From the IMG/VR virus record IMGVR_UViG_3300031418_000001: a stretch of DNA of 64,000 bases, one strand, 5' to 3'. Position 1 is the stretch's first letter; every line of letters begins with the position of its first letter. The notes below the pieces were generated by a model. The model saw only the letters and a list, made by a program, of their open reading frames with translations, was not told where the DNA came from and did not search any database. Origin of the DNA: a virus. Taxonomy: Duplodnaviria; Heunggongvirae; Uroviricota; Caudoviricetes. The translations under genes were made by a program, and so were the position numbers. Of the stretch, positions 18,378-27,803 are shown piece after piece.

Positions 18378-19412
18378 ATGAGCAAAGAAAAACTAAAGGC
18401 TGATATTACTAAGTTCTTTGATTCTCTTGACACTGAAGCTAAGTACCGAATTAAAGCCTTTAAGGATAATTCTAAAGAAGTTATTTGGGCTTTAATTAAG
18501 TCTACTTATAACGATCATAAAGCATTTTTCCTTATGTGCACTTCCAACGAAATTACAGATGATGAAGTACTTAACTTCGAAGTAATGGATAAGAAGTGCA
18601 GAACGATGTTCACCTGGGAATATAAGGATGAACTCGCAGAAGGTCTTGAATCTGATGTATATCGCTTTGATTTTTCTGAGTTCGACCTTGTTATTCCAGA
18701 AGATCCAATTTCTTTAACGAAAGAACGAAGACTTAAGCTGGTAGAACTGCCTAAGTTTAAAAATTCTTTCAAAGAAGCCAGATGGACTAATTTGTTTACT
18801 GCATTTGGAGATAATACATATCGTTATCATCGCATTTGTGATGATATTGAATATGAAGTACAGGAAAATATTAAATCCATTATGGGTGTATATTCCTATG
18901 ATGTGTATGATGTTGACCATCATTCAGATGAATCTTTCTGTATGCAGTACATAGAGTGGAATGAAGAACCACTTTGTGTAGTTACTAAGTACGCAGATAA
19001 AAGTGATTACAATATTAAGTTCTATAGTAAAGAGATTGAGCAACGCTTTATAAATGAACTTATGAAGCACCGTAAATGGGATGACGACGAACAGTATATT
19101 ATTAGTGATACTGATGAAGAATGTGATAATTATTATGGTTCAAGTATTATTCATAATAATCGACTGTACTACACTATCAATTCGCCATCTTATTGCTATG
19201 GTTATGTGAAAATTGAAAATCCTCATCGTTGCGTTATGACTTCTTTTGATGATATTCAGATGATCCCTGTTAGCATTGAAGGTTATAGAAAATTAGAACC
19301 TGATAGCTATTCATCTGACGTTATGGTTATGATTAAACAGGATGGTGTTGATTTAGAAGTTAAACCTGATGAAATATTTTTCTTAGGTGGTGAGTATGCA
19401 CCAGTACTATAA
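18378..19412 (+). CDS. hypothetical protein
   Basis: 344 aa acidic ORF, no motif recognised. Confidence 0.75.
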   Translation: MSKEKLKADITKFFDSLDTEAKYRIKAFKDNSKEVIWALIKSTYNDHKAFFLMCTSNEITDDEVLNFEVMDKKCRTMFTWEYKDELAEGLESDVYRFDFSEFDLVIPEDPISLTKERRLKLVELPKFKNSFKEARWTNLFTAFGDNTYRYHRICDDIEYEVQENIKSIMGVYSYDVYDVDHHSDESFCMQYIEWNEEPLCVVTKYADKSDYNIKFYSKEIEQRFINELMKHRKWDDDEQYIISDTDEECDNYYGSSIIHNNRLYYTINSPSYCYGYVKIENPHRCVMTSFDDIQMIPVSIEGYRKLEPDSYSSDVMVMIKQDGVDLEVKPDEIFFLGGEYAPVL

Positions 19413-19638
19413 AAGTAACTCCGGTTTAGGTTACAATCAATATGCGTACTTATTTAAACTAAATGAAGATAAGTACCTTACATGTAATAGCCCTCATGGT
19501 TCATTCTATGAAATTGGAGCTATTATTACTGATTTAGAGTATATGAATTTTGAGAAAGTACAGAAAGAAGAATTCTTACGTAACTCTCATATTCATAGTG
19601 ATTTAATTGAATATTTAACAGGCGGTAACAATGATTAA
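19387..19638 (+). CDS. hypothetical protein
   Basis: ORF in co-oriented run. Confidence 0.6.
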   Translation: MVSMHQYYKSNSGLGYNQYAYLFKLNEDKYLTCNSPHGSFYEIGAIITDLEYMNFEKVQKEEFLRNSHIHSDLIEYLTGGNND

Positions 19639-19894
19639 AGTACATTCGGTTCAGCACCAGTTCAGCCACTTCATCTTTATTAATGAAATTGAAAATGAAG
19701 TACTGCGAACCAACATTCAGGAAAGTATGAACAAACTTATGGAAGATGGGTCTTATATTCAGTTCCAGGGTTCATTTGGCTTTGTACTCGATTTGCAGGA
19801 TGACAAAACGTATGAATGGTCAGAACAGTTTAAAAATTTGCTGCCATTAAGCCTTACTGCCCGCGAGAAAACAATTGCTATCCTGATGGATTAA
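19631..19894 (+). CDS. hypothetical protein
   Basis: ORF in co-oriented run. Confidence 0.65.
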   Translation: MIKVHSVQHQFSHFIFINEIENEVLRTNIQESMNKLMEDGSYIQFQGSFGFVLDLQDDKTYEWSEQFKNLLPLSLTAREKTIAILMD

Positions 19895-19953
19895 TCTTGA
19901 TCTTATTGCCTGGTTCATGTACAATTCTCCTACAAAATCATGGAGTCAAAATC

Positions 19954-20139
19954 ATGAAACAGGCAATGTTTATTTGTCTTGCATTAGCAGTTATTTTAAC
20001 ATTTTTAACACCAGTGACCGAATTTTACTCAAGTACATTAAATACTTTCTTCTACTGGAGTAGTATTATTCTGTACATAATATCTGTAGTCTTAATTGTG
20101 ATTGAGGAAAAGAAACATGGCTGGCCGTATCAAGATTAG
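19954..20139 (+). CDS. small membrane protein
   Basis: GGAG RBS, two TM segments. Confidence 0.6.
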   Translation: MKQAMFICLALAVILTFLTPVTEFYSSTLNTFFYWSSIILYIISVVLIVIEEKKHGWPYQD

Positions 20140-20368
20140 TTACTCAGAAGAAACTGAACTTAAGTTAGATATGTTCCGTGAGCTTCGACGGTTACTTAAT
20201 GAAAATACGTCTGTACTTGTGATTACTGAGGTTAAAAAAGAACTTGAAGAAGTATTTGACAAATATGTTAAGTACTTCATGATTTTCATGAATCGTGGAT
20301 TGTTAGAATACAAGTGCCATTCTGAATTAACCGAAGAAGATTTTGAAAAGGTTATGTACGAACTATGA
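20117..20368 (+). CDS. hypothetical protein
   Basis: GAGG RBS before ATG 20117. Confidence 0.65.
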   Translation: MAGRIKISYSEETELKLDMFRELRRLLNENTSVLVITEVKKELEEVFDKYVKYFMIFMNRGLLEYKCHSELTEEDFEKVMYEL

Positions 20369-20820
20369 CAAAGAACTATGAGCAATTATTCTTTGACTTC
20401 GTAAGCAAGCTACACGACAATCTTCAGTACAGTATCGTCACCCATTATGAAAATGGGTGGGTTGGATATAAATTTGTTAATGGTATCGACATTGATACTG
20501 AACATTTTTATTACGATGGGTACTATGGTATTGATTTTAAGTTTGATGGATTCCGTATGTTCCTTATGGACGACTGTTTCTATTTTGTGGATCTTGAAGA
20601 AGAAGATAAAGATGTAAACACTATACCTGCTATTGATACCTGTTATGATGGCGGTACTGATATTGTGGATAAACACAGCTATTTCCAGTACTCAATCACT
20701 CATGATCTTAAAGGCATTCGCTGGCAGACTTTCCCTATGATTAAGAAGATAAGAGATACCTTCTTTGAAGGTGTTGGTACTCGTATCTATCTTGAAGATG
20801 GATTCCAGTTCATTGTATGA
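20365..20820 (+). CDS. FN-motif paralogue family protein
   Basis: DKHSYFQYSITH. Confidence 0.7.
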   Translation: MTKNYEQLFFDFVSKLHDNLQYSIVTHYENGWVGYKFVNGIDIDTEHFYYDGYYGIDFKFDGFRMFLMDDCFYFVDLEEEDKDVNTIPAIDTCYDGGTDIVDKHSYFQYSITHDLKGIRWQTFPMIKKIRDTFFEGVGTRIYLEDGFQFIV

Positions 20821-21194
20821 ATCTAAGTGCAGAAGAATTAACTAATATCGAGAATAATATAATTAATTGTATAAAATGCATATATCTTGTTATGGGAACA
20901 TCTAACAATATGCACTACATCGACGGCCTAAACTATATTGGTCGTCTTGATGATAATTCCGTTGATGTATGGGTACAAACAAATTCATATCAGGATGACG
21001 TATTTTCTTTGTATTTTGATTCTTTTGGATACTATCATACACAGTACTGCATAGATATTACTGATTCTGGTTTTGATTTAGAAAATGATTTCTTCCAGAT
21101 CAGTACTGTATATCCATTTAAATTGAGTACTTACCAAGAGATAAGAAAACTCAGAATGGATATGATTGAAAAAGAAATTCTGTACAAAAGTTAA
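20817..21194 (+). CDS. FN-motif paralogue family protein
   Basis: LENDFFQISTVY. Confidence 0.7.
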   Translation: MNLSAEELTNIENNIINCIKCIYLVMGTSNNMHYIDGLNYIGRLDDNSVDVWVQTNSYQDDVFSLYFDSFGYYHTQYCIDITDSGFDLENDFFQISTVYPFKLSTYQEIRKLRMDMIEKEILYKS

Positions 21195-21218
21195 GTACTT
21201 AATTTTAATGAAAAAATC

Positions 21219-21248
21219 CTGAAACGGATTTCTTTTATGTGCTATACT
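21219..21248 (+). promoter_or_regulatory. TGAAAC/TATACT-class promoter
   Basis: CTGAAACG...TGTGCTATACT. Confidence 0.7.
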
Positions 21249-21429
21249 AATAGTATAGAAAGTGAAGGAGAGTAAAGAATGCATCCGAATCCAATATATA
21301 GAAGTAATTCATTTGCTTATTATTTTAAACCAAAGCAGTATATTAAGAGTGATGAAATTAAGGAAGTATTAATCCCTAATAACGTTATTCATGTTGACTT
21401 TGTAAGTAAGAAGAAACGTTAAGTACTAT

Positions 21430-21507
21430 CTCCCGTTAGCTCAGTTGGATCAGAGCAACGATCTTCTAAATCGTAGGTCACTGGTTCGAGTCCAGTACGG
21501 GAGGCCA
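21430..21507 (+). tRNA. tRNA-Arg(UCU)
   Basis: Cloverleaf, ACGAT-CT TCT AA-ATCGT, CCA. Confidence 0.95.
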
Positions 21508-21512
21508 AATAT

Positions 21513-21597
21513 GCGGGTATGGTGAAATTGGTAAACACCGGAGACTTAAAATCTCCCGCTTAATTGCTTGTCGGTTCAAGTCCGACTACCCGCACCA
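21513..21597 (+). tRNA. tRNA-Leu(UAA)
   Basis: Cloverleaf with variable arm, GGAGA-CT TAA AA-TCTCC, CCA. Confidence 0.95.
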
Positions 21598-21620
21598 AAT
21601 AGTAAGTTCATGGAAGAACA

Positions 21621-22064
21621 ATGAAAATAGAATTACACGAACCATTTTGTAGCAAATGGAAATTCGGGTACTTGAGAGAAAGTCCTGATAAAAGGAAAAG
21701 AATTGATTTATTCAATTCCAATGAAGATAGAACCACTATATCTTATTCAAGATACTTAATGTCAGTTCATGTTGGTAGGTTTCTTAATGATGATGAAGAA
21801 GTAGATCATATTGATGAAGATTGTACAAATGATGATATTAATAACCTTCAGATTTTATCTACCGAAGAACATCGTAAGAAGAATTCAAAAAGTAATAGTA
21901 CTGGAAGAACAGTTACTGAACTTAAATGTGAATACTGTGGTAAAGATTTTATACGTGAAAATAGAAGTATAAGAAAAACAAACTATATTTCATGTTCACG
22001 AAGATGTAGTGCACTTATTAACAATGCAACTAAGAATTTAAAATTTTCTAAACAAGCACCTTAA
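21621..22064 (+). CDS. free-standing HNH endonuclease with C-terminal Zn ribbon
   Basis: EVDHIDEDCTNDDINNLQIL..EH; CEYCGKDF..CSRRC. Confidence 0.88.
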   Translation: MKIELHEPFCSKWKFGYLRESPDKRKRIDLFNSNEDRTTISYSRYLMSVHVGRFLNDDEEVDHIDEDCTNDDINNLQILSTEEHRKKNSKSNSTGRTVTELKCEYCGKDFIRENRSIRKTNYISCSRRCSALINNATKNLKFSKQAP

Positions 22065-22090
22065 TGGTGCTTTTTTTATAAGGAATCAAA

Positions 22091-22507
22091 ATGAGGTATG
22101 TATTATTTGCGATTGCAATAATCTTATTCTTCGTGAGTAAAGATTATATACAGAATGATTACATAATGCCTAAAGAACATCCTACCGTTCTTGAGAAATT
22201 AGGTCTTGATACTTACAAAGACAAGTACATACCATATGGTGTATTCATGCTTGTAGATGGAAGAGAAGTTAAATTACCAGTAACTACTGAGTTCTATGAA
22301 ACAATTACAGTAGGAACTAAGGTTACTGTTCCTGTTAGACAAATGACTATTAAGTCTACTATCAGAGAAGATGTACTATTCATTTTCATGCCTGTAATCA
22401 CATTTACTGTCGTAATCATTGCTAATATGGCACTGTTTATATTGAGCCTTGAACGTTTTTTTAAAGACATTAAACAGTACCGAGAATGTCGGAGAAAACG
22501 AAAATGA
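22091..22507 (+). CDS. membrane protein
   Basis: N- and C-terminal TM segments. Confidence 0.7.
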   Translation: MRYVLFAIAIILFFVSKDYIQNDYIMPKEHPTVLEKLGLDTYKDKYIPYGVFMLVDGREVKLPVTTEFYETITVGTKVTVPVRQMTIKSTIREDVLFIFMPVITFTVVIIANMALFILSLERFFKDIKQYRECRRKRK

Positions 22508-22767
22508 ATATTGCACTAATGGTTGACTATCAAGCTGTCATTAAAGAAGCAGCTATACATTTAGGTACTAAACCTGAGAACTTAAAAATGTATTCCTGGT
22601 ATCTGATGTTTTCAAGTACTGCTGGCCCACGTACTGGTGTTATTGCGGGTCAGGCATTTACTGAATTTCAAGTACTTGGATTTGAAGACAAGCACACTCA
22701 TACATTTATTAAGTACTGCGATGGTGTATGGAAAGATTGGACTGGTCGTATTGGGGTACATTGGTAA
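22486..22767 (+). CDS. hypothetical protein
   Basis: ORF in co-oriented run. Confidence 0.65.
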   Translation: MSEKTKMNIALMVDYQAVIKEAAIHLGTKPENLKMYSWYLMFSSTAGPRTGVIAGQAFTEFQVLGFEDKHTHTFIKYCDGVWKDWTGRIGVHW

Positions 22768-23147
22768 TGACTTTTGAAGAACTTAAAGTACGTATTAAAG
22801 ACAATAGTAATGTTGTTCTACGTGCTAATAAATCATTCGTAAAGAAGTACTATAACATTCGACAGGATCTTAATTGCGACAGCATTATACTTATTGCTGA
22901 ACTTGAATTATCTGGTAGTTATCATCGTAATCATGTTAAGATTGAAGAAGAAGTTATTGCTGGCGGCTGCAAATTTCTACGTGAGCACAATAAGAACATG
23001 TCAAGTGATGAAGCAATCCTGATTGCACATGCTGGTGGTAACAGTGATGATGGTCATGGTCTTGCAGTACTGTTCATTCATAATGATGAAGACTGTTCTG
23101 GTATTGAAGTACTTAACGTTTGTGAGTATGAGGACTGTGGATTATGA
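22767..23147 (+). CDS. hypothetical protein
   Basis: Coupled start at 22767. Confidence 0.65.
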   Translation: MTFEELKVRIKDNSNVVLRANKSFVKKYYNIRQDLNCDSIILIAELELSGSYHRNHVKIEEEVIAGGCKFLREHNKNMSSDEAILIAHAGGNSDDGHGLAVLFIHNDEDCSGIEVLNVCEYEDCGL

Positions 23148-23371
23148 ATATCAACAACCAGCTTACAAATAATCACGGAAAATTCCTATCAGAACTCTCT
23201 GCTTTGCTTGCAAAACACGACGCAAGCATTACAATAGAGACTGATTGGAGTGAATATTCCGGTATGACTATCAACTGTTCAGGGTCGAAACTTGACGTTG
23301 GTTGTACCAAAGAATTATCTCCAACTAAAATTCGTTCAGCCTTACGTAATTACGAAAACCGTGGAGAATAA
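23144..23371 (+). CDS. hypothetical protein
   Basis: Coupled ORF. Confidence 0.6.
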   Translation: MNINNQLTNNHGKFLSELSALLAKHDASITIETDWSEYSGMTINCSGSKLDVGCTKELSPTKIRSALRNYENRGE

Positions 23372-23373
23372 AA

Positions 23374-23592
23374 ATGTACACTCTCATCTTTATGGCATTA
23401 CTTAATACAAATGTAAGTATCGTTGCCCCTGGGCTGGATCATCAAACATGTACTGATACATTACGTGATTTGGTGGGTTCAGTACGTGGAGTTGGGAGTG
23501 TTCGTTTTTCTCGATGTGTACCACAAGCAGATATTACCCTTAAAAATCAATACGGTCTTGATGATCTGATGAAACAGGATCAAGGTAAATGA
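23374..23592 (+). CDS. hypothetical protein
   Basis: GGAG RBS. Confidence 0.6.
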   Translation: MYTLIFMALLNTNVSIVAPGLDHQTCTDTLRDLVGSVRGVGSVRFSRCVPQADITLKNQYGLDDLMKQDQGK

Positions 23593-23764
23593 AGGACTTC
23601 ATTTGGTTTTTAATAGTAGGATCTTATGTACTTCTGATATATGTAGCAATAGCCCAAATATCTTGGGCTTTATTTGATTTCATTGATACGGATGAAATTC
23701 ATATATTGATGACAATTGTGGGTGTAGTATTCTTCCATAAGAAATTACAATTCAGGGGTGAGCT

Positions 23765-24142
23765 TTGACTTATTTTAGTCCATTAATGAAGAATGTTAAA
23801 AATATATCAGAAATACTGGATACATTTGAGTTTGATCCTCCTGCATTTTTCAAAAGTACCGAAGTTGAAGAATATATCAGGATTCATTTTAACCAAAAAG
23901 ATGAACCCGTATTCAACATCCGTTCTCAATACAGTACTGGTTATATATACATTCATGAAAAGTTTATTAAAATGAATGATTATGATGAACAGGGTAATTT
24001 ATCACCGATTAAATTTAGTACTGAAGCTGAAACAGAAATAGATATGTTCCAGCTACAATTAATGCAGAACTATCGTGATATAACTTTTGAAGATATTCAG
24101 AATTGCAATAAGATATATGAGTACTTCAGTAGCAAAGTATAA
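23765..24142 (+). CDS. FN-motif paralogue family protein
   Basis: TEIDMFQLQLMQ. Confidence 0.7.
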   Translation: MTYFSPLMKNVKNISEILDTFEFDPPAFFKSTEVEEYIRIHFNQKDEPVFNIRSQYSTGYIYIHEKFIKMNDYDEQGNLSPIKFSTEAETEIDMFQLQLMQNYRDITFEDIQNCNKIYEYFSSKV

Positions 24143-24150
24143 GGAATATA

Positions 24151-24504
24151 ATGAAAGGAGTCATCGGATTATTATATTGTACTGAACTTAATGAGTTCAT
24201 TGATACAAGTACAAATGATAAAACATTCAGTACTGATGAAATTACAGTTAAAATATATAAGAACAAGAATGGTGATCAATGTATTGATTATACTATCATG
24301 ATCATATACACCATTACTGTCAATTTAAATAAAAATAGTACCAAAATTAAGGGTTCTTATAATAACTGTTATATGGAATTGCCATATGATTGTGAAGATA
24401 GAAATGAATTCTTCCAGTTAAATTGTTATTATGATTTCCATGATTTTAAGTTTGAAGATTTAATTAAAATACAGGAATGGACAAAGTACTTCCTGACTTT
24501 ATAA
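24151..24504 (+). CDS. FN-motif paralogue family protein
   Basis: PYDCEDRNEFFQLNCYYDFH; close paralogue of 24987..25337. Confidence 0.75.
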   Translation: MKGVIGLLYCTELNEFIDTSTNDKTFSTDEITVKIYKNKNGDQCIDYTIMIIYTITVNLNKNSTKIKGSYNNCYMELPYDCEDRNEFFQLNCYYDFHDFKFEDLIKIQEWTKYFLTL

Positions 24505-24511
24505 GTACAAT

Positions 24512-24733
24512 GGGGCATGTTCCAAGAGGGTCGATTGGGCGAATAAACTATGAACGTCGCTGGCGTAAAAGCCGTCTGTTAACTGAATCACTGAATGTCT
24601 CAGAAGCACCTATAGCGGCCTGACAACAGGCGGGGAGAAACAAGCAAGGGAAGCGTAGTCTAAGGTGAGGAAGGCGTATAGCGAGAGTTATACGTAGCAG
24701 AAAGTACGGGTTCGAATCCCGTATGCTCCACAA
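24512..24733 (+). ncRNA. ssrA: compact tmRNA; tag frame 24585-24623 (A)ESLNVSEAPIAA*
   Basis: GGGGCAT/ATGCTCC-A acceptor with G3.U70, T arm, pk1-like hairpin, TTAACT upstream of the resume codon, tag ending IAA-stop. Confidence 0.85.
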
Positions 24734-24744
24734 AAGGAATAACA

Positions 24745-24990
24745 ATGAAATACGAAACTGATATTAAAGTTACACGCATTAATAAAAGATACCATGCAAG
24801 GTTATTTGTTAATGGTAATCTTTATGATGAAATGGCATGTGAATACCGTACTGATATAGGGTTTATTTGTCGTCAGATGTTACGTAATGCTGATAAAATG
24901 GGTATATTTAATGCACATACTGAATCAGCACGTAAACGTATTACTACTTCTAACACTCATGGTAAAATCTGGTACAGGAATAAGTTATGA
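24745..24990 (+). CDS. hypothetical protein
   Basis: AAGGA RBS. Confidence 0.65.
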   Translation: MKYETDIKVTRINKRYHARLFVNGNLYDEMACEYRTDIGFICRQMLRNADKMGIFNAHTESARKRITTSNTHGKIWYRNKL

Positions 24991-25337
24991 AAGAGATATT
25001 TGAAGATCTTCAAAACTTAAGGTACAGTGAACTGATTGATAAAAAATTCAGAATTGATGAAATAACATGTTCTGTTCGTTATACTCAACGTGGTATTGTT
25101 TTATTATTTGGTAATAAAGGTTATACAATAATATGTAATATTGATAATCATATCAGAATTATCTATGCTAATAATGATAAAACTAATGATTGGAGTATTC
25201 CATACAAATGTGAAGATAAAAATGAATTCTTCCAGTTAAGTACCAAATATGATTACCATAATATGAGTTATGAAGATTTATATAACTTCCAAATCTTGTG
25301 CGGTGATATGATTAAAAGGAATTTAAATGAAGGATAA
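24987..25337 (+). CDS. FN-motif paralogue family protein
   Basis: PYKCEDKNEFFQLSTKYDYH. Confidence 0.75.
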   Translation: MKEIFEDLQNLRYSELIDKKFRIDEITCSVRYTQRGIVLLFGNKGYTIICNIDNHIRIIYANNDKTNDWSIPYKCEDKNEFFQLSTKYDYHNMSYEDLYNFQILCGDMIKRNLNEG

Positions 25338-25527
25338 AAAATATAAAATTGTATATGGTGGTGCTCAGGATCATCAAATGCGTATGGTATATACAGTCTA
25401 CCAGAAAAGTAAATTTTTATTCTGGAAGTACTGGAAGATATGTAAAACCTATACCAATAGACTTACTTATGCTGAATTCGAAACAAAAGAAGAAGCAGAA
25501 AATTTTATAAAAATGAATCTTAATTAA
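25327..25527 (+). CDS. hypothetical protein
   Basis: ORF in co-oriented run. Confidence 0.6.
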   Translation: MKDKKYKIVYGGAQDHQMRMVYTVYQKSKFLFWKYWKICKTYTNRLTYAEFETKEEAENFIKMNLN

Positions 25528-25551
25528 GTACATGATTTTTTTAAAATTTTC

Positions 25552-25581
25552 GTGAAACAAAAACAATTTATATCCTATACT
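25552..25581 (+). promoter_or_regulatory. TGAAAC/TATACT-class promoter
   Basis: GTGAAACAAAAAC...CCTATACT. Confidence 0.7.
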
Positions 25582-25601
25582 ATAAGGGTAAGGTAAAGAA
25601 A

Positions 25602-25808
25602 ATGAGCCTGATACATAAATTCGATTATTATACTGGTGAACCTATTACTGGTCAGCATATTAAAACTATTCTTTCATTTGGGCTTGAAATTCTTAGCATT
25701 GAAGCTGATAATTCTGGTGCAATTTATGTTTTAATTGCCGGTACATTCGACCAGCATCAGTGTATTAACAAAGACAGTGAGTTAGCAAAACTTTTTCGAT
25801 TAGCTTGA
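25602..25808 (+). CDS. hypothetical protein
   Basis: ORF after promoter. Confidence 0.65.
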   Translation: MSLIHKFDYYTGEPITGQHIKTILSFGLEILSIEADNSGAIYVLIAGTFDQHQCINKDSELAKLFRLA

Positions 25809-25815
25809 AAAAAAG

Positions 25816-25845
25816 CTGAAACAAATCAAAAAGATGTGCTATACT
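25816..25845 (+). promoter_or_regulatory. TGAAAC/TATACT-class promoter
   Basis: CTGAAACAAATC...TGTGCTATACT. Confidence 0.7.
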
Positions 25846-25860
25846 AAAAGAGTAAGACAC

Positions 25861-25980
25861 GGAATCACGCAGCAAATTAAAAAACAAATCTTATCTGAAA
25901 AAAGAATCTTGCAGTTCAAGTCTGCACTACGCAAAGTCTTACATTAGCGTAGCCACGGTGGAGATATGTTTTGATTCCAG
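25861..25980 (+). ncRNA. CAGCAA-family RNA 1 (carries a permuted tRNA-like module)
   Basis: GGAATCA/TGATTCC stem, CAGCAA, T arm TGCAG-TTCAAGT-CTGCA, then CTACGC/GCGTAG stem. Confidence 0.7.
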
Positions 25981-25987
25981 TTAATAC

Positions 25988-26060
25988 GTTCCCATCGTCT
26001 AACGGCTTAGGACGGCTCCCTTTCACGGAGCAAATCGGAGTTCGATTCTCCGTGGGAACG
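25988..26060 (+). tRNA. tRNA-Glu(UUC)
   Basis: GCTCC-CT TTC AC-GGAGC cloverleaf. Confidence 0.93.
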
Positions 26061-26100
26061 CAACATAGTTCCTCCTTTTCTATGTGTGTTGTGGTTGTTA

Positions 26101-26153
26101 TGGATTCTGACAGCAATTTAAACTCTTATGCTAAAGAAAAAAACGGAATCCAG
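26101..26153 (+). ncRNA. CAGCAA-family RNA 2
   Basis: TGGATTCTG/CGGAATCCA stem, CAGCAA, small internal hairpin. Confidence 0.7.
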
Positions 26154-26157
26154 TTTT

Positions 26158-26233
26158 GCACAGATGGCTGAAAGGTTGAGGCAACGGATTGCAAATCCGT
26201 ACTATGCAGGTTCGAATCCTGTTCTGTGCTCCA
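26158..26233 (+). tRNA. tRNA-Cys(GCA)
   Basis: ACGGA-TT GCA AA-TCCGT, U73, CCA. Confidence 0.93.
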
Positions 26234-26277
26234 ACATTGTTAAGTACTTTCATAGTAGAGTACTTAATAATGAATTT

Positions 26278-26334
26278 AGGAATCTAACAGCAACTTTAAA
26301 ATCTTATGCTTAAAGAAAAAAGAATAGATTCCTG
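26278..26334 (+). ncRNA. CAGCAA-family RNA 3
   Basis: AGGAATCTA/TAGATTCCT stem, CAGCAA, TCTT-ATGCTTA-AAGA hairpin. Confidence 0.7.
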
Positions 26335-26348
26335 TTAAAAAAGAATTA

Positions 26349-26403
26349 TGGATACTTACAGCAACCTAAAAACTTTTATTGGAAAAAGAAAAACGGTATC
26401 CAG
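26349..26403 (+). ncRNA. CAGCAA-family RNA 4
   Basis: TGGATACT/GGTATCCA stem, CAGCAA, TTTT-ATTGGAA-AAAG hairpin. Confidence 0.7.
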
Positions 26404-26411
26404 TTAAATTT

Positions 26412-26495
26412 GTGGGGCTGGCAGAGCGGTCGATTGCGGGGGACTGTAAATCCCTTCCGAAAGGCACGGTGGTTCGAATCCATCGCCCCACACCA
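26412..26495 (+). tRNA. tRNA-Tyr(GUA)
   Basis: GGGGA-CT GTA AA-TCCCT, variable arm, CCA. Confidence 0.93.
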
Positions 26496-26519
26496 AATTA
26501 GTAAGAGATATAATGGATT

Positions 26520-27041
26520 ATGTCAAAAGTTAGTAAAATTAATAGTATATCAACAACTGAATTTAAAACAATTGTTGAATCTTGTTTCTCTATAAGAGAA
26601 ATTGTCGAGAAAATGGGATTTTCAAGACAGAGTGGAAGTATGGCAATTAAAGTTAAAGAGAGAATTGCCAAAGAACAAATAGACACTTCACATTTTTTAG
26701 GTAGATTGTCTGTAAAAGGAAAACATATCCGTATTGAAATGGAAGATATATTAGTAAAGGACTCAACTTATACTAATATATACATGCTTAAAAAAAGACT
26801 CGTAAATGATAAACTTCTTAAGTATGAGTGTCAACTGTGTAAAAATGATGGTACATGGAATGGTCAAAAATTAACTTTACAACTCGATCATATAAATGGA
26901 GATCATAAAGATCATAGATTGGTCAATCTAAGGTTTTTATGCCCAAACTGTCATTCACAAACTGAAACTTTCTCAGGTAGAAATGTTAAAAAATACCCTG
27001 AAGTTATCACACTGGTAGGTAGGCCACCCATTATCCAGTGA
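26520..27041 (+). CDS. free-standing HNH endonuclease
   Basis: CQLC...LQLDHINGDHKDHRLVNLRFLCPNCHSQT. Confidence 0.92.
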   Translation: MSKVSKINSISTTEFKTIVESCFSIREIVEKMGFSRQSGSMAIKVKERIAKEQIDTSHFLGRLSVKGKHIRIEMEDILVKDSTYTNIYMLKKRLVNDKLLKYECQLCKNDGTWNGQKLTLQLDHINGDHKDHRLVNLRFLCPNCHSQTETFSGRNVKKYPEVITLVGRPPIIQ

Positions 27042-27160
27042 TGCGGAACGATTAATTAGTATAACGATAACTATAGAGGTATAGTGCACACCGGTTCAGG
27101 TACTATATTGATATAGAGACAATAGTACTATGAAGGTGGTTCGAATCCACACTTCGGGGC
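26996..27160 (+). ncRNA. ~165-nt tRNA-like RNA A (paralogue of 29905..30073)
   Basis: CCCTGAAGT/ACTTCGGGG closing stem, GTATAGTGC/GTACTATAT hairpin, CTATGA, GTGG-TTCGAAT-CCAC. Confidence 0.6.
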
Positions 27161-27259
27161 GAAAGGTTTTTTGCTTTTCAATATATATCTTATCCTTAAT
27201 CAATAGTATTCACATCCGGGTATGAAAATATCGAGTACTATTTCTTAAGATAATATTAT

Positions 27260-27342
27260 GGGGATGTGGTGGAATGGCAGACACGGCAGTTTTAGGCACT
27301 GTTTCCTTTGGAGTGAGAGTTCGAGTCTCTCCATCCCCACCA
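27260..27342 (+). tRNA. tRNA-Leu(UAG)
   Basis: GCAGT-TT TAG GC-ACTGT, variable arm, CCA. Confidence 0.92.
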
Positions 27343-27350
27343 ATTAATAC

Positions 27351-27421
27351 AGGGGCTTAGCCAAGCGGTTAGGCGGCTGTCTCCAAAACAGTTGAGGCGT
27401 GTTCGACTCATGCAGCCCCTG
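27351..27421 (+). tRNA. tRNA-Trp(CCA)
   Basis: GCTGT-CT CCA AA-ACAGT. Confidence 0.92.
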
Positions 27422-27440
27422 CAAATATAAGTACAATATT

Positions 27441-27803
27441 ATGAATGAACTTGAAACTATTATATTTGAAGTACATGATCATATAATCAACAATAAGCAT
27501 CTTGATGAAGATATTTTATTTAGATTATATAAAAATAATATAATAATTAAGTACTTTACCTTTACTCTTTGTCTTAAAAAACAACATTTTATATTTCAAC
27601 TTGACCCTACTGGTCTGGTTCGTTATTTCGAACATTATGTAATCGAGAAAGATTTACATTTTGAATTGAACATAATGGGGTTAGGTCTTTGTAACTTAGA
27701 ATGTGTACAGAAGATGATCGAATTACGAGAATGGCATGGGTTAACTACTAATATTGAGGCTAATTTTTTGATTGATTACCATGAAATTTCATCAACTAAT
27801 TAA
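27441..27803 (+). CDS. probable FN-motif family protein (divergent)
   Basis: EKDLHFELNIMG; start set at ATG 27441. Confidence 0.6.
   Translation: MNELETIIFEVHDHIINNKHLDEDILFRLYKNNIIIKYFTFTLCLKKQHFIFQLDPTGLVRYFEHYVIEKDLHFELNIMGLGLCNLECVQKMIELREWHGLTTNIEANFLIDYHEISSTN

Noticed and set aside
25861-26403. CRISPR array interpretation of the CAGCAA repeats
   Set aside because: Copies vary in sequence with compensatory stem changes, spacing is irregular, tRNAs intervene, and no cas genes are present
26996-27160. Selenocysteine tRNA (9/4 stem geometry)
   Set aside because: No D arm or UCA anticodon arm in register; it matches the paralogue at 29905 better
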